Shown here: positions 56,382-64,000 of the stretch, piece after piece
Layout: each line of letters opens with the position of its first letter
How positions within the stretch are numbered: the first letter of the stretch is position 1
Source of the DNA: Candidatus Multivoradales bacterium
GTDB taxonomy: Bacteria > Acidobacteriota > Thermoanaerobaculia > Multivoradales > Multivoraceae
DNA: 64,000 nt
Assembly: GCA_965223325.1 (NCBI GenBank)
Contig: CBDCWI010000001.1
Span: forward strand, 448,001-512,000
Direction: 5' to 3'
Notes under the pieces: generated by a model
What the model saw: the letters and a program-made list of their open reading frames with translations, nothing else
The model's database searches: none
Told to the model about the DNA's origin: nothing
Position numbers and translations under genes: made by a program

Positions 56382-58037
56382 ATGGCGGTTCGATCCTCTT
56401 CACCGGCGGTCTGCACCCTCGCTGCAGCTCTCGCGCTCGCCCTCTCCCCAGTCGCTACCGCGCAGCAACCTGACGCGACCACCGGATCGTTCGCCACCCC
56501 CGCTGCCAGCGCGCGCGCCGACTCGCTCACTACAGTGCACCGCGAACCGGTGATGGTGCGCGAGATCAACCCGCGCCACAACCCACTCGCCTCCGAGGCA
56601 GGCCGCGGTGAGGCGACCTGGGATCGTACCGACACGCCAGTCGATCCGCTGGTTGGCGCGTCGAGCAACCGCTCGCGCACCGCCGTGCCGCTCAATAGTT
56701 GGGAATCGACCGACGCTACGACGGGCTGCGGCGGATGCTCACCTCCCGACATGGCAGGCGACGTCGGTCCGAACCATTACGTCCACATGGTCAACGCCAC
56801 CAAGGTCGCAGTCTTCAGTAAAGACGGTTCGGAAACTCTGGCCGGCCCCTTCAGCTTCGGTGACCTCTGGGACTCGGGGCCCTGCTCGAGCAACGCCGGC
56901 GACCCGATCGTGGTCTACGACGAGCTCGCCGACCGCTTCGTGCTCTCCCAGTTCGCCCAACCGACTCACATGTGTTTTGCGGTCTCCCAGACCCCCGACC
57001 CAACCGGCGCGTACCACGTCTACACATTCGACGTTGGCGCGTTCCCCGACTACTTCAAGCTCGGCGTGTGGCCGGACGCGTACTACATGTCGGCCAACGA
57101 GGCGACCTACACTGCCTACGCCTTCGATCGCGACAAGATGTTGGCCGGCGAAACTGCATCGTTCGTGAAGTTCACCAGCCTGCCGAACCTGGCGCTGCCG
57201 GCAGACATCGACGGTTCCGAGGGCCCCGCAGAGGGCACGCCGGGGCTGTTCTACACCTTTCTCGACGAGACCTTCCACACCGTCAGTAACGACATGCTGC
57301 GTCTCTACGAAATGGTTCCCGACTTCGCCACGCCTGAAAACTCGACCTTCGACATGCTCCAGGAGATCGAGCTCAGCAACTTCAGCTATACCGTTTGCGG
57401 CTTCTTCAACTTCAACTGCCTCAAACAGCTCGAAACGACGCAGACTTTCGACACCATCTCGGAGTGGCCACTGCAGCGCTTTCCCTACCGCAACTTCGGC
57501 GATCACGAGTCGCTACTGGGCGTCTTCGGGATCGGCGGCGGCCTCGGTGAGAAGGGCGCGGCTCTGCGCTGGTTCGAGCTGCGCAACAGCGGCGAAGGCT
57601 GGGAGCTCCACCAGGAAGGCACTCACGACCCGGGCGACGGGCATGACCGCGCCGTCGGCTCGATCGCCATGGACCAACAGGGCAACATCGCCCTCGGCTA
57701 CACGACCACCAGCAGCACCATCCATCCGCGCATCGACTACGTGTCGCGCAAGGCGGACGACCCCTACGGCACGATGGGTAGCGAACTGACCCTGGTCGCC
57801 GGCGCCAACTCGAACACCCACACCGCGCGCTGGGGCGACTACTCCGCGTTGTCGATCGATCCAGCCGACGGCTGCACGTTCTTCTTCACGAGTCTCTACT
57901 ACGACGACTCACCGACCAGCTGGCAGACGCGCATTGGCTCGTTCAAGGTCGACGGTTGCGAGCCTCCCGTTCCCGCGCTCTTCGAAGACGACTTCGAGTC
58001 CGAGGACACTCTTCTCTGGACAACGTCCAAGCCCTGA
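56382..58037 (+). CDS. Secreted beta-propeller-like protein with C-terminal 'LFEDDFESEDTLLW' motif
   Basis: Signal peptide, 'PPD..GDVGPNHYV..VN', 'GDP.V.YD..ADRF', 'PDY.K', 'RWGDYS...IDP.D.CTF'. Confidence 0.75.
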   Translation: MAVRSSSPAVCTLAAALALALSPVATAQQPDATTGSFATPAASARADSLTTVHREPVMVREINPRHNPLASEAGRGEATWDRTDTPVDPLVGASSNRSRTAVPLNSWESTDATTGCGGCSPPDMAGDVGPNHYVHMVNATKVAVFSKDGSETLAGPFSFGDLWDSGPCSSNAGDPIVVYDELADRFVLSQFAQPTHMCFAVSQTPDPTGAYHVYTFDVGAFPDYFKLGVWPDAYYMSANEATYTAYAFDRDKMLAGETASFVKFTSLPNLALPADIDGSEGPAEGTPGLFYTFLDETFHTVSNDMLRLYEMVPDFATPENSTFDMLQEIELSNFSYTVCGFFNFNCLKQLETTQTFDTISEWPLQRFPYRNFGDHESLLGVFGIGGGLGEKGAALRWFELRNSGEGWELHQEGTHDPGDGHDRAVGSIAMDQQGNIALGYTTTSSTIHPRIDYVSRKADDPYGTMGSELTLVAGANSNTHTARWGDYSALSIDPADGCTFFFTSLYYDDSPTSWQTRIGSFKVDGCEPPVPALFEDDFESEDTLLWTTSKP

Positions 58038-58055
58038 CCAGAGGGCCAAAGCCCT

Positions 58056-60896
58056 CTAAGGCAGAAGCGATTGCGCCCCAGCGCGCAGCCGGGGATCGCT
58101 GGACTCTTTCACCTTGACGAGCGTTGCCGAATCGAGCTCGAGGGCCACAACGAGCTCCCGCAAGAGAGCCACTACGTCGAGGTCCGCGAGGCGCAAGAGC
58201 CGTCGCAGCTCACCGTCGGGGAGAATGTCGTCTCGACGCTTGACCCGCGTCGAGCGCTCACCGCGCAGCTTCACACGGACAAGGCGTCGCCCGGACCCAT
58301 CGCGCAGATGCACCTCGAGCCGCTCTTCGTCGACCATGAGCCCTGGAGCGGGGCGCTCGTAGGAGGCCGCGGGATCGACGTACTTGAAGGTCTTCAGCCA
58401 GGAGTGAGCGTCAACAGCAACGGCGGCCAGCGGTGTTTCGGCGAGCCCCGAATCAGCCAGCGCGTGGCGTAGCGCGAGGAGGCGGGGGTCCAGCGCACCG
58501 CCGGCGACCTGACGGGCACGTTCGTCCGACCACCCACCTGCTCGGTGGAGACTCTCTCGCTCTGTCGGGCTCCCGTAGCGTTCAACCGCGCGCCCTGCGC
58601 GCCAGGCCACCAGCGGGTCGGTGTCGGTGCGTGCGATCACAAGCAGGAGCTCGGCGTCCGACAGTGCCCGCACGGCCTCCTCCCGAATGACCGGGTCTGA
58701 GTCAGAACGGGCGAGTTCGCGGAACAGGTCCCGGTCCGGGCTGAGGTCGACCAGGCGCCGAAGTGCTGTTCGGCGAACGCTCTGGTCTGGATCCTTCTGC
58801 GCCCAGCGCGACAGGGTCTCGGTCGATGACAGCCGCGCGACCAGGGCGCGGCGAACGCGCCTTCCGGAGTCGCCCTCAGAAAGCTCAGCCTCGGCTCGCT
58901 CGGCTAGTTCCGCCAGCACCCGAGGAGCAGACACCTGTTCGATCGCCGCAGCGCGGACCTGATCAGAAGATGCCTGGCGGGCGAGGTCTTCGATGATTCG
59001 AGGCGAGCGCACCCTCGCCACCAGGGCCGCCCGCACCTCGGCGGAGTCGTCGCCTTCGATCCACGCCAACAGCCATTCGGGGTCAGACTCGCCGCTCGGC
59101 GCGCGCGGCAACCGTTTGGCCGCCGCAACGCGCTCGGCAACCGGTCGACTCGAGGTCACCAGAGCACGCAGGCGACCAGCGTCAGCCGGGAGCTGCGCTC
59201 CCACCGAGGCCTCGGTACTTTCTTCGGCATGCTTCGTTTCTCCCAGCGCGACGAGCCGCGCGTGCACCGCCGCACGCAGCTCGGGCAGTTCGAGGCCGCT
59301 CTTGGCGAGACTGGACAGCCGTTCGGTGTCGCTGAGCAAGTGAACCGCCTGCAGCCGGTGTGCAATCCAGAATGGACCGCGAACGAAGTCGAAGAGCAGG
59401 TCGGGATCTTCGAGACCCGCCAGGGCCGCTTCGATGACCTCATCGTCGTGACGGAGGTCATCATCAGAGATGCGCGCGATCTGAGCCAACACAGGCTGGG
59501 CTTTGATTCGACGCGTGGCCGCCAGTCGCACGTCGCGGTCCGGGTCCTCGGTCGCCAGGCGGGCAAGCACCGTCGGCGACGTGATGCGGGTGGCCGCCAG
59601 CATGCGAAGGTGCCAATAGTGCTCAGGGAGAGCAAGCGCCTCGAGTACGGCCTCTGACGTGATGGCCGAAACGGCTTCGGTGCGCACTCCGAGATCACCG
59701 GTTCTTCGTGCGACATGCGCCCGGTCGGTGTCGTCTCGAAGCGCGCGCACGGCGACGCGACGGGCGGCGGCGTCGGGGTCTCCAAGCGCCGCCGCTAGGA
59801 GCACCTCCCGGTCCTTGACGCGAGCGAGTGCCGCACGGCGCACGCTGGCCGCCGGGTCGCGGCGAGCGAGCTGCGCCACGAGGTCGAGGTCTACGAGATG
59901 CGGCACGATCAAGGCCCGCAGGCGCTCGTCGTGGCTCTCCGCTACAACTTCTAGAAGGCGATCGTTGGCCTCCGGCAGGGCGCGCAGAGCGACGACCCGC
60001 ACCGCAGGATCGCTGTCGCTCTCGCTGATGTCCTCGAGTGCCTGGTCAATCGCTCTCGACGGAGTCGGGGCGGTTTCACGCAGCCGCGTCACCGCCCGCT
60101 CGCGCACGGCCGCTCTTTCGTCGTGCAGCGCGGTTTCTAGGATCAGGCCGGGGTCGCGAAGGTGACCCAGCATCCAGCGTCGCACCTCGGAATCCGGATC
60201 GCTCCGCACGACCGTTCGAACGAGTGCTTCGTTCAAAAGCCCGAGATCTAGGAGGCGTTCGAGTGCTGCACGGCGCACCCTAGCGTCACCCTCCCTGCCA
60301 TAGATCGTCGCCAGCGTGTCGGCAGTCGCAAGTCGCCCGATGATCGCTCCTTTTACCTCCGGATCGGTCTCCCGACCAAAAAGACGCATCAGGTCCGACT
60401 CTCTATCCATGAGTCCAGCCGCCGCCAGCCTCACCGCCGCCGCGCGCTCGACCAGCGCCCGCTCGAGAGCGATGTCGGGGTCCGCGAGGCGCTCGAGTGC
60501 TGCGATCCGAACACCGGAGTCTTCATCCTCTTCGAGAAGACGAAGGAGAGCCCGGCGCTCGCGGGCCTTGGCGGGATTGAGCTGGGTAGCCGCGACGCGA
60601 CGTATCTTCCAGTCGCGCGATCGCGCCAGCACCTCCGGCCGCTCTTCTCTAGCGCCTGCGGCCGGAGAGCTGGTCGCACTGTCCTGAGCCACCAACGGGC
60701 CTCCGCCGATGCCGCCACTCGCCAGGAGCAGCGCGACCAAAAGGGCGGTCGCAGGCACCTGGCAGAAAGCGGACAGCGTTGGCAAGGGAAGGGCCTCGCG
60801 AGGAAGTGTCTTAAGCGAGTGTCGCAAGGGGGCGGCGGGAAGAGTGGCCGTCAGGACGACGGGATCGGCGAGTCGATGCTCAGGAAAGCGCGCCAA
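58056..60896 (-). CDS. HEAT-repeat (alpha-solenoid) protein with N-terminal hydrophobic leader
   Basis: Many 'D.D..VR..A...L.D...L' repeats. Start uncertain. Confidence 0.75.
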   Translation of the reverse strand: MARFPEHRLADPVVLTATLPAAPLRHSLKTLPREALPLPTLSAFCQVPATALLVALLLASGGIGGGPLVAQDSATSSPAAGAREERPEVLARSRDWKIRRVAATQLNPAKARERRALLRLLEEDEDSGVRIAALERLADPDIALERALVERAAAVRLAAAGLMDRESDLMRLFGRETDPEVKGAIIGRLATADTLATIYGREGDARVRRAALERLLDLGLLNEALVRTVVRSDPDSEVRRWMLGHLRDPGLILETALHDERAAVRERAVTRLRETAPTPSRAIDQALEDISESDSDPAVRVVALRALPEANDRLLEVVAESHDERLRALIVPHLVDLDLVAQLARRDPAASVRRAALARVKDREVLLAAALGDPDAAARRVAVRALRDDTDRAHVARRTGDLGVRTEAVSAITSEAVLEALALPEHYWHLRMLAATRITSPTVLARLATEDPDRDVRLAATRRIKAQPVLAQIARISDDDLRHDDEVIEAALAGLEDPDLLFDFVRGPFWIAHRLQAVHLLSDTERLSSLAKSGLELPELRAAVHARLVALGETKHAEESTEASVGAQLPADAGRLRALVTSSRPVAERVAAAKRLPRAPSGESDPEWLLAWIEGDDSAEVRAALVARVRSPRIIEDLARQASSDQVRAAAIEQVSAPRVLAELAERAEAELSEGDSGRRVRRALVARLSSTETLSRWAQKDPDQSVRRTALRRLVDLSPDRDLFRELARSDSDPVIREEAVRALSDAELLLVIARTDTDPLVAWRAGRAVERYGSPTERESLHRAGGWSDERARQVAGGALDPRLLALRHALADSGLAETPLAAVAVDAHSWLKTFKYVDPAASYERPAPGLMVDEERLEVHLRDGSGRRLVRVKLRGERSTRVKRRDDILPDGELRRLLRLADLDVVALLRELVVALELDSATLVKVKESSDPRLRAGAQSLLP

Positions 60897-61045
60897 CGAA
60901 GAGGAGGGACTGAACCAGCAAGAAGCCGATCCGGGAGCCCGACTCTTCCTGAACCGTCCGCTGAACGCAAGAAGCCCGCAGCGCAGAACTCTGCACTGCG
61001 GGCATCAGCCAGATGAGGTAACGAGCTCGAGGCCCGCAAAAGCCC

Positions 61046-62377
61046 CTACTCGACGGGGTCGAGAATCGCTTCGTAGGCGAGCTTCTTGCTCATCAGTCGA
61101 GCCTTGTTGGCCCCGGCGCCGCCGCGGTTCTGAATCATCCCCAGAACCACCAGGTCCTGCGTTGGGTTGACACCGAACCAGGTGCCGCCAATCCCGAACC
61201 ACCAGAACTCGCTCTTGGCCAGCGGGCTCTCGGTCTTCGGGTTCGGCTTGTTGACGATTGCGAAGTCGAGTCCGAACTGGTGGCCAGGAAAGAACATCGT
61301 GCCGGGAATCGAGTCGGGCAGATGGTTGGTCGCCATCAGAGCGACGGTCTCGGGCTCGAGGATGCGCGCGCCACCGAACTCACCACCATTGGCGAGCATT
61401 TGCGCGAACTTGATGTAGTCAACAGCCGTTGAGACCAGACCGCCACCACCGGAGAGCAGGTTCGGCTTGGTCATGTACTCGTCTTCAGGCTGCGGCTCGA
61501 GCACCCCGTCGGAGTTGGGAACGTAGAGGCGCGCAAAACGATCGCGTTTCGATTCTTCGACCCAGAACGCCGTGTCTTTCATTCCCAGGGGCTTGAAGAT
61601 GCGCTCTTCGAGGACTTGGTCGAACGGCTTGCCAGCCAGGACCTCGACCAGGCGCCCCTGGACGTCAACCGACACGCTGTACTGCCAGCGCGTCCCAGGC
61701 TGCGACATGAGGGGAATGTCGGCCAGCTTGGTGACCATCTCCGCGAGCGTCGAATCGCGATCGAGAATCCCGCGTTTGACGTAGAGCTGGTCGACCTGGG
61801 TGCGCGAGAACAGCCCGTAGGTCAAGCCGCCGGTGTGACTCATGAGCTCGCGGATGGTCATGGGATGGACAGGGTCTTCGACCACCGGCATGCCATCCGG
61901 TCCGTCTTCCTTGGCCACCTTGAGTTTGGCGAACTCAGGCAGGTACTTCTCGACCGGATCATCGAGTTTGAACTTGCCCTCTTCCCACAGAGTCATGAGC
62001 GCAACGCCGGCGACTGGCTTGGTCATCGAGTAGATGCGCACGATGGTGTCTTCGTCGATCGGCTCGCCGGTCGCCAGATCGCGCTTTCCGTGTGCCTGGT
62101 TGTAGACCATCTTGCCGTGCCTGGTGATCATCATCACCACACCGGCGAGTTCACCGCTGTCGACGAGGGCCTTCATCGCCGCGTCGACCTTGGCGATGCC
62201 TTCCGAGCTCATGCCGACGGATTCGGGCTTGACCAACTCGAGGTCACGCGTTGCATTCTCACTGTCAGCGGCAGCCGCTGCCTGCGCGCTGAGCGCGGCC
62301 GGTGCGAGCGCGCTGGCGACGAAGAGCGCAATGAGTACGAGAGCAAGGGGGAACAGGTTCCTGGTGCGATGCTTCAT
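61046..62377 (-). CDS. Serine hydrolase, beta-lactamase class C family, secreted
   Basis: Signal peptide, 'SMTK', 'LMSHTGG'; paralogue of 6210-7520. Confidence 0.9.
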   Translation of the reverse strand: MKHRTRNLFPLALVLIALFVASALAPAALSAQAAAAADSENATRDLELVKPESVGMSSEGIAKVDAAMKALVDSGELAGVVMMITRHGKMVYNQAHGKRDLATGEPIDEDTIVRIYSMTKPVAGVALMTLWEEGKFKLDDPVEKYLPEFAKLKVAKEDGPDGMPVVEDPVHPMTIRELMSHTGGLTYGLFSRTQVDQLYVKRGILDRDSTLAEMVTKLADIPLMSQPGTRWQYSVSVDVQGRLVEVLAGKPFDQVLEERIFKPLGMKDTAFWVEESKRDRFARLYVPNSDGVLEPQPEDEYMTKPNLLSGGGGLVSTAVDYIKFAQMLANGGEFGGARILEPETVALMATNHLPDSIPGTMFFPGHQFGLDFAIVNKPNPKTESPLAKSEFWWFGIGGTWFGVNPTQDLVVLGMIQNRGGAGANKARLMSKKLAYEAILDPVE

Positions 62378-62525
62378 TTCTTCTCCTCCCCTTTTCGTCT
62401 TCACGCTCAAGGGGCAGTGGGAGTTTTAGCTGGTGGCGCGATGTGGCAACGCTATCGCACTTGGCCAACCGGTCAGTTCACACCGTCTAGCGGCCCGGAC
62501 CGCGCGGCCGCTAGGCTCAACCGGC

Positions 62526-63134
62526 ATGACCTCTGTTGACCACCTCCCCGAGTGCCAGCGTCTCGAATGGCGCCAGGCGACCCGTGACCGCCTGAGAGCA
62601 GCGCGCGCCCTGTACGACGCCTCCTTAGGGCGCCGGGCATCCGAAGAGGTGTGCCGACACCTCGAGGTCGAGCTGCGCACCATCGGCGAAGGGTCCGTCG
62701 TGGCGCTCTACTGGTCGGTTCGTGGCGAAATCGACGTGCGAACGCTAGCGAGTTCGCCACGCCTTGCCGGACTTCAGTTCGCGCTTCCCGTGGTCAGCGA
62801 GAAGGCGCGTCCGCTCGAGTTCCGACACTGGGCGCCGGGTGATCCGATGGCGCGTGGAAGTCTCGGCGTTCCGGTCCCACAGAGAGGTTCCGTGGTTCGC
62901 CCCAACTGCCTGGTCATTCCAATCGTCGCTTTCGACCGCGCCGGCCACCGTCTCGGCCAGGGAGGGGGCTACTACGACCGCACCCTGGCGCAGCCCGAGC
63001 TTTCGGGCAGCCTCACGCTTGGTGCCGCGTACGCCGCTGCGGAAGTCGAAACGACCTACCCGGGCCCGCACGACCAGGCTCTCGACCAGATCTTCACCGA
63101 GCGTGGCCGGCGAGTTCCGGCATCGGGGAACTGA
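62526..63134 (+). CDS. 5-formyltetrahydrofolate cyclo-ligase
   Basis: 'ALYWSVRGEID', 'P.VAFD..G.RLGQGGGYYDR', 'HD..LD...TE'. Confidence 0.9.
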   Translation: MTSVDHLPECQRLEWRQATRDRLRAARALYDASLGRRASEEVCRHLEVELRTIGEGSVVALYWSVRGEIDVRTLASSPRLAGLQFALPVVSEKARPLEFRHWAPGDPMARGSLGVPVPQRGSVVRPNCLVIPIVAFDRAGHRLGQGGGYYDRTLAQPELSGSLTLGAAYAAAEVETTYPGPHDQALDQIFTERGRRVPASGN

Positions 63135-63246
63135 TCCGGCAAGAAAGGGCGAAAGTCCTCACGTGCGGTAGCGTTCCGGCACCAGATCAACCCATGAGTA
63201 GTGCACCCCGCAACTGACCTCGGCACCCGAGCCGCTCGGACCTCAT

Positions 63247-64000
63247 ATGCAAGAACAGAATCCAGCCACACCACCGGTCGCGACCAACGCTGGAGGAACG
63301 GCCTCAGAGGAAGCCGCCGAAGTCAGCGTGGGGCTGGCAGAACGCGCTGAGCGCGCCATCTCCCAACTCACCACCGACGACTTGATCTTCTTGTCGATCG
63401 AGCTCGGGCTGGTCCTGGTCGCCTTTGTGGTGGTCGCGTTTCTCTTGCGACGGCTTCTCGCGGCCGTTTCGAAGATGCCGGCCGCAAAACGCGGGCAGCC
63501 GATGCTGCTTTCCTTTCGCCGCAACCTGCGTTCTTTGACCGTCCTTCTCTGGTTCGTCTCATCGGTCACCGTCATTGCCGCCAACGTTTGGCTGCTGCTC
63601 TCCGGGCGCGGCCTGCGCGCCGGGACTCTGGACTACCTGCGTTCGATTCCCTCCGAAGTCTGGACGCGCCTCCTGATCGGTGCCGGCCAGGCTCTCGGGC
63701 TCGCCCTCCTGGTCTACTTCGCGCTCCGCATCGTTCGCCGACTGCTCGACGCAGCACGCCTCAAGGTGCACAGCCTCGAGAACGAAACTGCCAACGACGA
63801 GGCCATCGACCACTTCTTCTTCTCGCTCACTCGAGTGGTCGAACGCGCAGCCTGGTTGTTCGTGTTGGCGATCTCCCTCCACCTGCTCGGCCTGCCCGAA
63901 AGCGTCTCGGGGTTCGCCGTCTTGTTGGTGAAGGTCTATCTAACGATCGGCCTCGGCATCGTCATCTGGCGAGCCTTGGACGCAGTGATCGAAAGCCTCG
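63247..64000 (+). CDS. Membrane protein, probably MscS-family mechanosensitive channel N-terminus, runs off the right edge
   Basis: Open frame from ATG 63247 to the window end with several TM helices. The channel core is not visible, so the family call is inference. Confidence 0.5.
   Translation, partial: MQEQNPATPPVATNAGGTASEEAAEVSVGLAERAERAISQLTTDDLIFLSIELGLVLVAFVVVAFLLRRLLAAVSKMPAAKRGQPMLLSFRRNLRSLTVLLWFVSSVTVIAANVWLLLSGRGLRAGTLDYLRSIPSEVWTRLLIGAGQALGLALLVYFALRIVRRLLDAARLKVHSLENETANDEAIDHFFFSLTRVVERAAWLFVLAISLHLLGLPESVSGFAVLLVKVYLTIGLGIVIWRALDAVIESL

Noticed and set aside
62378-62525. Possible 6S RNA upstream of the 5-formyl-THF cyclo-ligase; also a GG-N10-GC sigma54-like string and a CTAGCGGCC/GGCCGCTAG hairpin
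   Set aside because: The gap is only ~150 bp, is shared with a divergent gene, and shows no long rod structure. The short motifs are too weak to call.

Overview
GC-rich bacterial chromosome segment. The secreted-protein motifs and Rhs N-terminus suggest Acidobacteriota/Thermoanaerobaculia, but that is inference only. The backbone encodes secreted hydrolases, a Gfo/Idh/MocA + TIM-barrel + xylA + xylB sugar cluster, fabH-GNAT-clpS-clpA, an ECF sigma/anti-sigma locus and assorted metabolic genes. Two accessory regions stand out. (1) A HipBST-like tripartite toxin-antitoxin operon (12790-14383) is preceded by three 18-bp palindromes spaced exactly 72 bp apart. (2) A ~15.7-kb island (37259-52971) is bracketed by ~1.15-kb imperfect direct repeats in which each copy keeps a different gene intact. 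The island carries two damaged tyrosine recombinases, a type II CBASS operon (capV-CD-NTase-cap2-cap3) led by a 44-aa microprotein, a 28-bp perfect palindrome, an IS3 remnant, orphan toxin/immunity and RES remnants, an Abi-alpha-like gene, and a signal-peptide-bearing Rhs toxin operon (accessory gene-Rhs-lipoprotein). The most novel-looking signal is in that Rhs. It carries an internal Cys-flanked loop with the same LF-x-D-x-FE-(S/T)-x-DT-x-x-W motif that ends an unrelated secreted protein at 56382-58037, which suggests an uncharacterised surface-targeting signal moved internally because the Rhs C-terminus is the toxin. No rRNA, tRNA or CRISPR array was recognised.
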